The notes below the pieces were generated by a model. The model did not search any database and was not told the DNA's origin. It saw nothing but the letters and a program-made list of their open reading frames with translations. Both the position numbers and the translations under genes were made by a program. From Candidatus Eiseniibacteriota bacterium (GTDB taxonomy: Bacteria; Eisenbacteria; RBG-16-71-46; DASYSL01): a stretch of 64,000 nt of DNA. The stretch is taken from positions 1 to 64,000 of the forward strand of contig JANPEF010000153.1 of the NCBI GenBank assembly GCA_031431875.1, given 5' to 3'. This document shows, one piece after another, positions 26,911-36,805 of this stretch; position 1 is the stretch's first letter, and each line of letters opens with the position of its first letter.

Positions 26911-29166
26911 ATGTTCCCTGGCCTGACTCGCGGCGCCGCCGCAGCCATCGTCTTCGTCGCCTTCGTCGTCCTGGGTCCTGCCGGCCCGGCGGCGGCGGCG
27001 CGCTGGGACACGTACAACAACGCGAACCGCCTGACGTCGATCACGGCGACCGGCGGTGTCGTCTGGTGCGCCTCCATCCTCGGCGTGCACCGCTACGATG
27101 CCGGCGGCGGCACGTTCACCCGCTTCAGCAAGAGTGCGGGCGGGCTGGCGTCCAACGCGGTGACCGAGATCGAGGTCGACCCGCAGGGCAACACGTGGTT
27201 CGCCACCCGAGGTCGCGGGGTCAGCGTCCTGAAGGCCAACGGCACGTGGCGCACGCTCGATGCGTTCGACGGCCTGCCGGCCGACACGGTGAACTGCCTC
27301 GAGCCCACCGCCGACGGCATGTGGGTGGGCACCGACGCCGGCGTCGCGTTCTTCCGCAACTTCAGTCTCGAGGGCGCGTGGCCCGACGGCGTGAATCCGT
27401 CGCCGTTCGCGTCGAACGACATCAAGGACGTGCTGCAGGTCGGCGACTCGGTGTGGGTGGCCACCCCCGGCGGCGCGTACGTGACGAAGGCCGACGAGGG
27501 CATCATCTGGTCGCGCCGCGTCGCCGGGCTCGCCGGCACCGGCGTGCGCTCGCTCACGGCCGTCGGCGACGAGGTGTGGTGCGTGGCCGGGGTTCCCACC
27601 GGCATCCCGAACAATCACGTCTATCGCGGCGGGCAGACGGGCACCTGGACGCTTGCCGAGGAGGGGCTGCCCGCGACCACGTCCGTCCACGTGCGGGCCG
27701 ACGGGGATCGCCTGCTGCTCGGGGCGGCAGCCGGAGTGTTCACCCGCACGAGCTCGACCAACTGGACCCTGCTCGGCGGCGGCTTCCCGCCGAGCGCATG
27801 GGTCGACTTCGACGACGACGGCGCGTACTGGGCGGGCAATGCCGAGGGATTGTGGAACTGGAGCGGGACGGCGTGGAGCCTGTACCGCTCGCCCGGGCCC
27901 CAGGGGAATTGGGTCTACGGCATGGCGCTCGACGGCTCCAACCTGTGGATCGCGACGCAGGAGGGAGGCGCGTCGCGCTTCGACGGTACGTCATGGCGCA
28001 CGTTCGCACCGCTGCCGGGCGCCGATATCGACACCACGTTGCAGTCGCCGGACTACCTGATCGCGATGTTCGTCGATTCGCGTGGCGACAAGTGGATCGG
28101 TGACTGGGGCAGCTCGATCGCGCGCCTCGACGACTCCGGCCCCATGCTCGCGGTAACGCATTTCTACGGTCCCGAGGAGGGCCTGTTCGACGCCTTCAAC
28201 ACGTTTGGCTGGGCGACCGCCGAGGACCCCTCGGGCAACGTGTGGATCGGTCTCGACACGCCGACCCGCGGCGTTCCGCCGCCACCCAAGGGCCTGCACC
28301 GCATCTCGACCAGCGGCGACCGCGCCACGTTCAACCCGCAATCCGGCGCCGCGATGTCGGGCTCGCAGGTACGCGCCATCGCGTTCGGACCTGGTCCCGG
28401 ATTCGAGATGTGGGTCGGCTACGCCGGCCGCGGGGTCGACATCTTCACCGACCCGACGCTCACGACGCGCTCGGGGCGCATCACCGAGTCGGACTCGCTG
28501 AGCCAGCGGCTGCTCGACGACGACATCTGGGCGATCGAGATGAACGGCGACTCGGTGTGGATCGCCTCGTCGGCGGGCCTCAATCGCTACTCGCGCGCCA
28601 CGCGCAAGCGCCGCGAGTTGATCGGCACCCAGCCTCCGACATCGCAGGGTGCAGTTCACCCGCTGTCGATCGACGCCGAGGGCGGCCTGTGGTGGGCCAC
28701 CACGTCCGGCCTGTATCACCGCAAGGCCGATCGCACGGTCGAGGTGTTCAACACCGCGAACTCACCGCTGCTGTCGGACGTGATCACCTCGGTGGCCGTC
28801 GACCGCTCCAACGGCGACGTGTGGGTCAGCACGACGATCGGCGTCAATCGCTACGATCCGGACGGCGACGCCGGGGGTGGGCCCCCGGCATCGGGCGGGG
28901 TGACGAAGTTCAATACCTACCCGAACCCTGCATTCACCTCCGCCGCCGGCGTCCGCATCTTCGGCGTCGGGGTCGACGGCTCGTTCGAGGGCCGCGTGAT
29001 CGACGTGCGCGGCCGCCTGGTGCGGACCCTGCGAGGGAACGCCACCAACAGCGGCCTGTGGGACGCCAAGGACGAGGAAGGGCGGCACCTGCCCCCCGGA
29101 CTCTATTTCCTGAGCGTGACCCAGTCGGGCGTGACCCGGACGGGCCGCGTCCTGCTCGTGCGTTGA
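26911..29166 (+). CDS. PorZ-like secreted beta-propeller protein with T9SS/FlgD-Ig-type C-terminal domain
   Basis: Signal peptide ending AAAA; repeated two-component-regulator propeller motifs (GLASNAV..I..D..GNTWF, NSPLLSD.I); C-terminus YPNP..DVRGRLVRTL..WD..G..LPPGLYF; 751 aa from ATG 26911 (alternative start 26857). Confidence 0.75.
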   Translation: MFPGLTRGAAAAIVFVAFVVLGPAGPAAAARWDTYNNANRLTSITATGGVVWCASILGVHRYDAGGGTFTRFSKSAGGLASNAVTEIEVDPQGNTWFATRGRGVSVLKANGTWRTLDAFDGLPADTVNCLEPTADGMWVGTDAGVAFFRNFSLEGAWPDGVNPSPFASNDIKDVLQVGDSVWVATPGGAYVTKADEGIIWSRRVAGLAGTGVRSLTAVGDEVWCVAGVPTGIPNNHVYRGGQTGTWTLAEEGLPATTSVHVRADGDRLLLGAAAGVFTRTSSTNWTLLGGGFPPSAWVDFDDDGAYWAGNAEGLWNWSGTAWSLYRSPGPQGNWVYGMALDGSNLWIATQEGGASRFDGTSWRTFAPLPGADIDTTLQSPDYLIAMFVDSRGDKWIGDWGSSIARLDDSGPMLAVTHFYGPEEGLFDAFNTFGWATAEDPSGNVWIGLDTPTRGVPPPPKGLHRISTSGDRATFNPQSGAAMSGSQVRAIAFGPGPGFEMWVGYAGRGVDIFTDPTLTTRSGRITESDSLSQRLLDDDIWAIEMNGDSVWIASSAGLNRYSRATRKRRELIGTQPPTSQGAVHPLSIDAEGGLWWATTSGLYHRKADRTVEVFNTANSPLLSDVITSVAVDRSNGDVWVSTTIGVNRYDPDGDAGGGPPASGGVTKFNTYPNPAFTSAAGVRIFGVGVDGSFEGRVIDVRGRLVRTLRGNATNSGLWDAKDEEGRHLPPGLYFLSVTQSGVTRTGRVLLVR

Positions 29167-30269
29167 AGCGCTTCGCGGTGATGCCCGGCGCGCCGCCCCC
29201 CGACGTCGATGCATTTGCCGCCCGCGCGAGCGGGCGGAGCTTCGTCGCCGACCCCGGCTTCCGGGCGGCGTTCGAGCAGCACGGGCCTGGCTGGCCGTGG
29301 TGGACGGCCACGCTGCGCGACGACGCGGGAGCTCTCCTTGCCGTGCTTCCGGGGGCCATGGAGCATCGCCTCGGTGGCGCCTGGCTCCGGCTGGGGCCGT
29401 TTGGCGCGCCGGCCGGGCCGTTGTTCGCGCCCGAGCTGGACTCCGCCGCCCGCCTCACCGCCGCGCACGCCCTGTGGGACGAAGTCGATCGCCACGTCCG
29501 CGATCACGGCCTCCTCGGCGGCGACCTCACGCTCTGCGGGCCCGCGCTCGACGACCCCGCGCTTCGCCCGACGACCGCGCTCGGCGTCGAGCGCAGCGAC
29601 GATACCCATGTCATCGACGCGAGCGAGGGCTACGCCGCCTGGCTCGCCTCCCTCCGCAAGCGCGCCCGCCAGCAGTTCACCAAGGCCGAGCGTCTGGGCG
29701 TGAGCGTCTCAGTCGACGGCAGCGCTGCGGCCCTCGATGCCGTGCACCGGCTGCACCGCGAGCAGATCCGGGCCTGGGGCGGGGGCGACGTGCGGCCGCT
29801 CGCATTCTATCGTGCGCTGCTCGATGCGCCCGGCGACACCGCGCGCCTGTGGGTGGCGCGCGCCGACGGCGCAGTCCTCTGCGGCGTGCTCGTGCTCCTG
29901 GGCGGGGAGGATGCCTACGTGTGGTGGAGCGGATCGGGCCTCGAGGCGCGCCGCCGGCTGGCGTTTCCCTACCTGCTGTCGCGCGTCGTGGCCGAGTGCG
30001 GGCGTGGAATCGTCAACCTGGGCTTCAGCGGCCGGCAGGATCGCCTGACGCAGTTCAAGGAGCAACTGGGCGCGCGCGCAGTCCCCGTGCCGATCGTCGA
30101 GCTCACGCCGCGCCCGAGGACGCCCTACCACGCGCTGCTCGTCGCCGGGCGCGAAGCCGTGCGCGCCCGGCGTGCCCGCCGCGCCGCCGCGGCGGCCCGC
30201 AGCGCGCCGCCGTCGGCGGATCCGCCGGCCGTGGAATCCATCGACGCCGAAGAGGGCGCGCCCGCATGA
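29163..30269 (+). CDS. GNAT / FemAB-like acyl- or aminoacyl-transferase
   Basis: [36 protein letters not shown] pattern; TTG start in a TTGA overlap. Confidence 0.72.
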   Translation: MKRFAVMPGAPPPDVDAFAARASGRSFVADPGFRAAFEQHGPGWPWWTATLRDDAGALLAVLPGAMEHRLGGAWLRLGPFGAPAGPLFAPELDSAARLTAAHALWDEVDRHVRDHGLLGGDLTLCGPALDDPALRPTTALGVERSDDTHVIDASEGYAAWLASLRKRARQQFTKAERLGVSVSVDGSAAALDAVHRLHREQIRAWGGGDVRPLAFYRALLDAPGDTARLWVARADGAVLCGVLVLLGGEDAYVWWSGSGLEARRRLAFPYLLSRVVAECGRGIVNLGFSGRQDRLTQFKEQLGARAVPVPIVELTPRPRTPYHALLVAGREAVRARRARRAAAAARSAPPSADPPAVESIDAEEGAPA

Positions 30270-31363
30270 GGGTGGCACTCCTCGGCAACGCCGCCGCGCT
30301 GCATACGCGGCGCTGGGCGCGCGGGCTCGCCGCCGCCGGCGCAACCGTGCGCGTCTTCAGCCTCGAGGATCCCGCAGCCGACGCGGCCTGGCCCGCCGAG
30401 CAGGGCATCGAGGCGTCGCTCGACGTCGTGCGCCTGCCCGCGCCGGCCTGGCCCGCCGCGCTGCGCTACCCCGCGGTCCGGGCCGCCATGGCGCGCGCCG
30501 TCGACGGATTCGCGCCGGACCTCGTCGAGGCGCACTTCGTTCCCAACTATGGTCTTCTCGGCGCGCTCGTCGGCCGCGGGCCGCTGGTCGTCCACGCCTG
30601 GGGCTCGGACCTGCTGCGCTCGCCCGCCCGCTCGCCGCTGCACGCGGCGCGGGCGCGCTTCGTCCTGTCGCGCGCCGACCTCGTGGTCGTCGACGCGGCC
30701 ACGCTGGCCGCGGCGGCGCGGGCTCTCGGCGCGACCGAAGGGCAGCTGGTCGTCGCGCCGTGGGGCGCGGATCTCGAGCGCTTCCCGCTCGGGCCGCCGG
30801 TCGACGCACCGCACGTCGTGAGCCTGCGCCAGCTCGAACCGCTCTACGACGTGTCGACGCTGATCGATGCGCTGCCGCAGGTCCGCGCAGCGGTGCCCGG
30901 GCTGAGCGTGACGATCGCCGGCGACGGGCCGGAGGCCGCAGCCTTGCGGGCGCAAGCGGCTGCTCGCGGAGTCGGTGGAATCGTGCGCTTCGTCGGGCGG
31001 CTCCCCCACGCCGAACTGCCGGCGCTCCTTGCCCGCGCGGCGGTGAGCGTCTCGTGCGCGCGATCGGACAGCACGTCGATCGCGCTCCTCGAGACCATGG
31101 CGGCTGGCGTGACGCCCGTCGTCACCGACTTGCCCGGGAACCGCGAGTGGATCGACGACCGCGTGCACGGGCGCCTCGTTCCGGCCGGCGACTCCGTCGC
31201 GCTGGCCGCCGCGCTCGTCGAAACGCTCGCCGATCCGGCATTCCGCCACGCGGCGCGACTGGCCGCCCGTCGGCGCGTCGAGGAGCGCGGCGACTTCGCC
31301 GCGGTCGTGCGCGCCGCGCTGGCGCGCTATGCCGGCCTCGCGGCCGCCCGGGTCGCGGCATGA
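30266..31363 (+). CDS. Glycosyltransferase family 4
   Basis: [41 protein letters not shown]. Confidence 0.9.
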   Translation: MRVALLGNAAALHTRRWARGLAAAGATVRVFSLEDPAADAAWPAEQGIEASLDVVRLPAPAWPAALRYPAVRAAMARAVDGFAPDLVEAHFVPNYGLLGALVGRGPLVVHAWGSDLLRSPARSPLHAARARFVLSRADLVVVDAATLAAAARALGATEGQLVVAPWGADLERFPLGPPVDAPHVVSLRQLEPLYDVSTLIDALPQVRAAVPGLSVTIAGDGPEAAALRAQAAARGVGGIVRFVGRLPHAELPALLARAAVSVSCARSDSTSIALLETMAAGVTPVVTDLPGNREWIDDRVHGRLVPAGDSVALAAALVETLADPAFRHAARLAARRRVEERGDFAAVVRAALARYAGLAAARVAA

Positions 31364-33063
31364 GAGTGCAACCGGCACTGACACCGGCAGATCGCGCGCT
31401 GCGCCGCGGCCGGAGCGTGCGCGCCGGGCTCGTGCTCGCCGGGGCCGTCGCGCTGTTCCTCGCGCTCACGCTGCCGCTGTCGGGCGCGCTGATCGACGAC
31501 ACGTTCATCCACCTGCAGTACGCGCGGAACTTCCGCGATGGGCACGGCCTCGTCTTCAACCTCGGCGAGCGCGTCTTCGGCACGACCTCGCCGGCGTGGA
31601 GCATGGGCCTGGGCCTGCTCGGCCGCCTCGGCGTCGACCTCTACGCCGCGGCGAAGCTCGGCTCCCTGCTGTTCGGCGTGCTCGCGCTGGGCGCCTTCGC
31701 GCTCGCGCTGCGGCGCTTCCTCGCCACCATCGTCGGCCCGCACGGCTACGCGTCGCGGCGCACCGAGTTCGCGTGGGCGTGCGGGGTCGTCGCGTTCGCC
31801 GCCGACGCGTGGCTCGTCCGCTGGTCGTCGACGGGGATGGAGACCTCGTGTGGCGTGTTCCTCGTCACCGCCGGGTTCGCCAGCTCCTTCGCCACGCGGC
31901 CGTGGGGCAACCGCCTCGTGATCCCCACGCTGTGGTGGTCGCTCGCGGCGCTCGTGCGGCCCGAGGCGGCGCTGCTCGTGCTCCTGCTGGTGGCGCGCAT
32001 CGTCCTCTCCAGTGCGCCGTGGCCGCGTCGCCTGGGGCGGGTCGCGGGGGTGCTCGCCCTGGCGGGGCTCGTGCAGGCACCGTGGCTCGCCTATGCGTGG
32101 TCGTTCTACGGCACGCTGCTGCCCCAGACGCTGGCGGCCAAGACCGCCGGCGGCGTCGGCCCGGCGGTGTTCCTCGCTTCGCTCGGCCGCCAGGCGCAGG
32201 AGATCCTGGCGACGCGAGCAGTCGAGGCCTTCGCGTTCGCGGCCCTGCTGCCCGCGCTCGCCGCGGCGCTGTGGCGACGGCGGGCCGAGCACTTCCTGCC
32301 GCTGGCGTGGCTCGTGCTCCTGCCGTTGCTCTACGCCTTGCGCGGCGTGCACCCGATCTCGCGCTACCTGCTCCCGCTGGCGCCGGTGCTGCTGTTTCAC
32401 GGCTGGGGGGCGCTCGCTGCGCTGGCGGCAGCCGAGCGCCGCGCGCCGGCGCGCGCCGTCGCCATGCTGGCGACCGCATGCCTGCTCGGGCTCGGGCTCA
32501 ACGGCTTCCTGTGGGCGCGCTTCGTCGTGCCGCACGCGCGCACGTTCAGCGCCGATGCGCGGGCGGTGCTCGGCGGCTACGGTGCGTGGATCCGGGACAA
32601 CACGCCGCCCGGAACGACGGTCGCGATCCCCGACATCGGCCTGTTCGCCTGGACGGCCGAGCGCCCGGTGCTCGACCTGGCCGGGCTCGTCTCGCCCGGG
32701 ATCCCGCGCCTGATCGGCCTGTACGGCAATTCGGAGGAGGGCACGCTGGTGACGCGGTTCCAGTTTGCGGGCGTCGCGCGGCCCGCGTACCTGATCGACC
32801 GGGCGGCCCGTCCGCGGCGCCTGCTCGAGCTCGAGGTCAGCCCGTACGCGCCGTGCCTCACGGTGATCGACGTGGTGGGGGAGGATGGGGCGGTCCGCTA
32901 TCGCGGCTTGCGCAACCCGGAGGCCGCGTACTACACGCTCTACCGCATCGACTGGATGGCGTTCGACCGGATGGCCGGCGCCGAGCGTCAGGCCTCGGCC
33001 GCGAGCCGGTCCGTGCGTTCGGCCATGGCGAAGTCCTTCGGCCCCAGCCCGCCGAGGTCGTGA
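31360..33063 (+). CDS. AftB-like GT-C membrane glycosyltransferase
   Basis: [50 protein letters not shown]. Confidence 0.78.
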   Translation: MRVQPALTPADRALRRGRSVRAGLVLAGAVALFLALTLPLSGALIDDTFIHLQYARNFRDGHGLVFNLGERVFGTTSPAWSMGLGLLGRLGVDLYAAAKLGSLLFGVLALGAFALALRRFLATIVGPHGYASRRTEFAWACGVVAFAADAWLVRWSSTGMETSCGVFLVTAGFASSFATRPWGNRLVIPTLWWSLAALVRPEAALLVLLLVARIVLSSAPWPRRLGRVAGVLALAGLVQAPWLAYAWSFYGTLLPQTLAAKTAGGVGPAVFLASLGRQAQEILATRAVEAFAFAALLPALAAALWRRRAEHFLPLAWLVLLPLLYALRGVHPISRYLLPLAPVLLFHGWGALAALAAAERRAPARAVAMLATACLLGLGLNGFLWARFVVPHARTFSADARAVLGGYGAWIRDNTPPGTTVAIPDIGLFAWTAERPVLDLAGLVSPGIPRLIGLYGNSEEGTLVTRFQFAGVARPAYLIDRAARPRRLLELEVSPYAPCLTVIDVVGEDGAVRYRGLRNPEAAYYTLYRIDWMAFDRMAGAERQASAASRSVRSAMAKSFGPSPPRS

Positions 33064-33590
33064 GTCCACCAGCGCACGGTGAGACGGCCCCACTCCACGA
33101 GCAGGGAAGGATGATGATCCGCCGCGTCCGCCGCCGCGCCGATCTTGTCGGCCAGCGCGAGCGCCGTGGCGAAGCTCGAGCATTTGAAGACGCGCACCAG
33201 TTGCGCCTCGCCGGCGACGGTCTCGACGGCCCAGTGCGGCAGGTCGACGAAGCGGACCGAGCGCTCGAAGGCGCGCGAGCGACGGTAGGCCGTGCCGCGG
33301 CCGTCGCGCTCGAGGAATCCCTCGTCGATCAGCGCGCGCCGCAGCGTCGCTGCGTCGGTCGACAGTCGTGCGCCATCGACCGCCAGCCACGCCTTCAGCC
33401 GGTCGGTGAGGTCTCGCTCGCCGGGGGCGGGGGACTCGTCCTCGGCGACCAGCCGCGCCAGTGCGGCGAGCAGCACGTAGCGGTCGACGCGCTTCTTCGG
33501 CAACCCCGCGCCGAATCCGTTGCGCAGCATCGCCGCCAGTCGCGACTCGGCGGTGGTGCGATCGATCAGAACCAGGCTTGTCTTCGCCAT
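32988..33590 (-). CDS. DUF2087 domain fused to pterin-4a-carbinolamine dehydratase (PhhB/DCoH) domain
   Basis: N-terminal part: [29 protein letters not shown]-terminal part: FATALA, ADHHP, WWTH..GGL..KDF. Confidence 0.75.
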   Translation of the reverse strand: MAKTSLVLIDRTTAESRLAAMLRNGFGAGLPKKRVDRYVLLAALARLVAEDESPAPGERDLTDRLKAWLAVDGARLSTDAATLRRALIDEGFLERDGRGTAYRRSRAFERSVRFVDLPHWAVETVAGEAQLVRVFKCSSFATALALADKIGAAADAADHHPSLLVEWGRLTVRWWTHDLGGLGPKDFAMAERTDRLAAEA

Positions 33591-33591
33591 A

Positions 33592-34512
33592 TCAGTCGCG
33601 GCGTCGGGTGACGCCGGCCTTTCTCTTCACGATGCGATAGATGAAGTGATCGGCGCAGCTCGCGCCGAACTCCCGCTGCTGCGGAGCGGTCAGGTCGCGA
33701 TCGGTTGCGGCGATGAACGCGCGCTCGGCCTCGCGCGCCTCGGCGGGCTTCATCGGCCGGCCGTGCAGCGCGTGACGCAGCACGGCGTAGTGCGCGTTCG
33801 AGCCCAGCTCCTCGACCTTGGCGCCGCCCTTTGCCAGGCGAGCGACCAGCGACCCGCGATCGACCAGGCCGCAGTAGTAGCCGTTGTCGAGCTGGCGGGC
33901 CTGGCGGTACGTGTTGTCGCGGCCCGCGCGCAGCAGGAGCGAGCGGTTGTTGTTGAGCACCAGGTAGAGCGCGCCGTCCTTCTTCAGTACGCGCAGGCAC
34001 TCGGCGAGTGTGCGCTCCTGCAGCCACGCCGGCAGGTGCTCGAGCAATCCCAGGCACAGCACCGCGTCGAACGTGCCGCCGGCGAACGGCAGCATGCCCG
34101 AGTAGCCCTGCGTGTATCCCGCCCGGGCCTTGACGCCCTCGCTCTTCGCCGCGCGCTTCGTCTTGGCCGCGGCCTGCTTGACCATGGCGAACGCATTGTC
34201 GACGCCGATCACGGTCGCACCCGTCAGCGCCAGCGGCGCGCTGACGCGGCCGAGTCCGCACGCGAGGTCGAGCACGCGCAGGCCGCGCTTCGGCTTGAGC
34301 GCGCGCACGAACGACATGGTCTCCCACAGGTGGTATGCGGCGTTGACGTACGCCGGCTCGCCCGCGGAGAGCACGATGCGGAACTCGTCCTTGAGGCGAC
34401 GGCGTTCGTCCCCCCAGTAGCGCTCGGCCGAGGCGCGGTCGTAGTCACGCGGCACGGTCGTGCGCCGGCGCGCGGACGAGCCGCCGCGAGCGGGGGTCCG
34501 CGATGCGGTCAT
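33592..34512 (-). CDS. Class I SAM-dependent methyltransferase
   Basis: VLDLACGLGR, LPF..GTFDAV, LLEHL, RVLKKDG; SD GGAGG 5 nt upstream of the ATG. Confidence 0.88.
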   Translation of the reverse strand: MTASRTPARGGSSARRRTTVPRDYDRASAERYWGDERRRLKDEFRIVLSAGEPAYVNAAYHLWETMSFVRALKPKRGLRVLDLACGLGRVSAPLALTGATVIGVDNAFAMVKQAAAKTKRAAKSEGVKARAGYTQGYSGMLPFAGGTFDAVLCLGLLEHLPAWLQERTLAECLRVLKKDGALYLVLNNNRSLLLRAGRDNTYRQARQLDNGYYCGLVDRGSLVARLAKGGAKVEELGSNAHYAVLRHALHGRPMKPAEAREAERAFIAATDRDLTAPQQREFGASCADHFIYRIVKRKAGVTRRRD

Positions 34513-34685
34513 GAATTCCTCCAGGGTGGGTCGGGACGCGAATGCGATGCAAGCGACCGCGCGAAGCTACGGAACGCGCTGAAACTCGTCAAGCGCACCG
34601 CGGCGCGCGCGGGCGATGGCACAAACCGGCGGGAGACCCGACTGCACGCCTGTGCACGAACGGGGCCGTCCACCCGGGCTCGCCG

Positions 34686-34798
34686 AAAAAAAAAGTGTCC
34701 CAGGCACCCCGAGACACAAAAAAAAGTGGATGAACGATCGATCCACCCCCTAGAGTGCGCCGCTATGGGTGGATGTGGGGCGTAGTGGTTTTGAAGGG
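34686..34798 (+). promoter_or_regulatory. dcw promoter region with MraZ-binding repeats
   Basis: A-tracts at 34686-34694 and 34718-34725; candidate -10 TAGAGT at 34751-34756; 10-bp-phased ATGG/GTGG/GTGG/AGGG at 34765, 34775, 34785, 34795. Confidence 0.72.
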
Positions 34799-34861
34799 CG
34801 GACTTGAACTTCTGCCTCCCAAGAACCCCGCCCCCCGGCAGCACGACACGAGAGGAACGCC

Positions 34862-35317
34862 ATGTCGTCGTTCATCGGCAGCGAGACCAGCGTCATCGAC
34901 GCAAAAGGCCGGATCAACGTGCCTTCGCGCCTGCGGCGTGGTCTCGATCCCGAGGCGGCCGACTCGTTCACGATCATCCGCTGGCTCGACGACTCCGTCC
35001 ACATGTATCCGCTCGACGAGTGGCGCCGCTTCGAGGGCCAGCTGCGCAAGCTGTCGAAGGGCGATGACGAGGCACGCAGCGTGTTCCTGATGATCTCGGA
35101 GACGGCCCACGAGACGACGATCGACGGGCAGGGACGAATCTCGCTCACCCCGCGCCTCGTCGAGCTGGCGGGGCTGGAGCGGACCGCACGCCTCGTGGGT
35201 GCGCTCGATCACATCGAGATCTGGTCGCCGGAACGCTTCGAGGCCCGGCTCAAGCTGGCGGCGCCGAGCTTCGAGGCCATGATGAAGAACGTCTTCAGTC
35301 GCCTCGACGGCGACTGA
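34862..35317 (+). CDS. mraZ: Transcriptional regulator MraZ
   Basis: FIG..IDAKGRINVP and IDGQGRI repeats, VGALDHIEIW. Confidence 0.96.
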   Translation: MSSFIGSETSVIDAKGRINVPSRLRRGLDPEAADSFTIIRWLDDSVHMYPLDEWRRFEGQLRKLSKGDDEARSVFLMISETAHETTIDGQGRISLTPRLVELAGLERTARLVGALDHIEIWSPERFEARLKLAAPSFEAMMKNVFSRLDGD

Positions 35318-35420
35318 TTCACCGACCCCACCCCGCGTGGGTCGAGGCGCCCCTGGAGGTCCCGGGCGTCCGGCCCCTCCCGCGGACGACGCTGCGGAGT
35401 GTCGGACCGGGAGGAGCGGG

Positions 35421-36371
35421 GTGGTGGGGGAGCAACGAGGAGCAAGGACGCACGAAACCGTCGAACATCTGCCCGTCCTCGTGGACGAAGTCGTGCGCTC
35501 CCTTGCGCACGGACCCGGCTGGTACTTCGACGCCACGGTTGGGGGAGGCGGACATGCGGCTCGACTACTCGATGCCCTGCCTGCGGAGGCGCGCCTCCTC
35601 GCTTTCGATCGCGACCCGGCGGCCCTCGAGCGGGCCCGGACGCGACTGGCCCCTTACGGAGATCGGGTCCGACTGATGCATGCGCCGTTCGACCAGCTGG
35701 GCGAGGTCCTGAGCTCCGAGCGTCTGGGGAGCCTTGCGGGGGCACTCTTCGATCTCGGTCTCTCCTCGCTCCAGCTGGGCGACGCCTCCCGCGGGTTCTC
35801 GTTCGCGAAGGAGGGGGTGCTGGACCTGCGCTTCGACCCGACGAGCGGCCGCCCCGCCTGGCAGATCCTCGCCGACGTCGACGTCGCCACGCTCGGCCGC
35901 TGGCTCGCGGAGTATGGCGAACTCCCGGGCGCGCACCGGGCCGCCCGCGCGATCGTGGACTTCCGCCGGACCGAGCCCATTTACGAAACGAGCCAACTGC
36001 GCCAGGCCGTCGCCGCGGTGTGGGGCCCCACGCCGCACCCCCGTCGCATGGCCCAGCTGTTCCAGGCGCTGCGCATCGCGGTCAACGATGAGCTCGGCCG
36101 AGCCGAGCGCGGGATCGCCCAGGCGATCGCCGCACTCGCGCCCGACGGCGTGATCGCCGTCCTCTCGTACCACTCGCTGGAGGACCGGCTGGCCAAGCGG
36201 CTGCTCCACGGAACGCTTCCCACCAGGCACGAGGCCCAGCTCGGCGTGATGCGCCGCGGGGACCTCGAGCCCGTCACCCGGCGCGCGATCCTGCCGACGC
36301 CCGCCGAGATCGCTCGGAACCCCAGAGCCGCCAGCGCGAAGTTGCGCGTCGCCCGGAGGATCGCGGCATGA
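35421..36371 (+). CDS. rsmH: 16S rRNA C1402 N4-methyltransferase RsmH (MraW)
   Basis: HLPVL, DATVGGGGH, DLGLSS, FQALRIAVNDEL, SYHSLEDR, NPRAASAKLR; GTG start after GGAGGAG. Confidence 0.96.
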   Translation: MVGEQRGARTHETVEHLPVLVDEVVRSLAHGPGWYFDATVGGGGHAARLLDALPAEARLLAFDRDPAALERARTRLAPYGDRVRLMHAPFDQLGEVLSSERLGSLAGALFDLGLSSLQLGDASRGFSFAKEGVLDLRFDPTSGRPAWQILADVDVATLGRWLAEYGELPGAHRAARAIVDFRRTEPIYETSQLRQAVAAVWGPTPHPRRMAQLFQALRIAVNDELGRAERGIAQAIAALAPDGVIAVLSYHSLEDRLAKRLLHGTLPTRHEAQLGVMRRGDLEPVTRRAILPTPAEIARNPRAASAKLRVARRIAA

Positions 36372-36805
36372 AGAAGAGAACGCCCACGCCGGTGTTGCGG
36401 CAACGTTTCGAGTTCGACCGGCCGCGGGTTCCGCTCGCCGCCTGGATCCTGGGGCTGGTGCTCGTCGCGGCATTCGTCGAGGTCTGGCAGGTGACGCGCG
36501 TGAGCGCGCTGACCCTCGACACCGAGAAGGCCGCGCGGGCACTCGATGAAGCCGAGGCGAGGCATGATTACCTGGAGGGCCGGCTGGCCGTCACCCGCAC
36601 GAGGTCCGCGCTCGAAGCGCGCGCCCGGGCGCTGGGCATGAAGCCCGCCGAGCCCTCCCAGATCGTCGTTGTTCCCACCGCGTACCTGGCGGGCGGGGAT
36701 CGTGCGGAAGAGGGCGGCGGTCGTCTCGTCGCCTTCGGCCGCCGGGTCGCCGAGAGCCTGGTTCCGTCGGCGCGGGCGAAGAGTCGCACGCCGACCCCGT
36801 ACTGA
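36368..36805 (+). CDS. ftsL: Cell division protein FtsL-like
   Basis: Single TM plus coiled coil (LEARARALGM) located between rsmH and ftsI. Confidence 0.8.
   Translation: MKKRTPTPVLRQRFEFDRPRVPLAAWILGLVLVAAFVEVWQVTRVSALTLDTEKAARALDEAEARHDYLEGRLAVTRTRSALEARARALGMKPAEPSQIVVVPTAYLAGGDRAEEGGGRLVAFGRRVAESLVPSARAKSRTPTPY

Noticed and set aside
34617..34632. TGGCAC as a sigma54 promoter
   Set aside because: No TTGC at -12, and the GC dinucleotide is one base off the required spacing.
34600..34680. Possible c-di-GMP-I riboswitch (AAACC and a GAGA-like hairpin)
   Set aside because: The characteristic GCAAA second-stem motif is absent and the pairing is unconvincing.
33520..34785. 421-aa plus-strand ORF
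   Set aside because: Antisense to the methyltransferase and runs through the mraZ promoter; no recognisable motifs.
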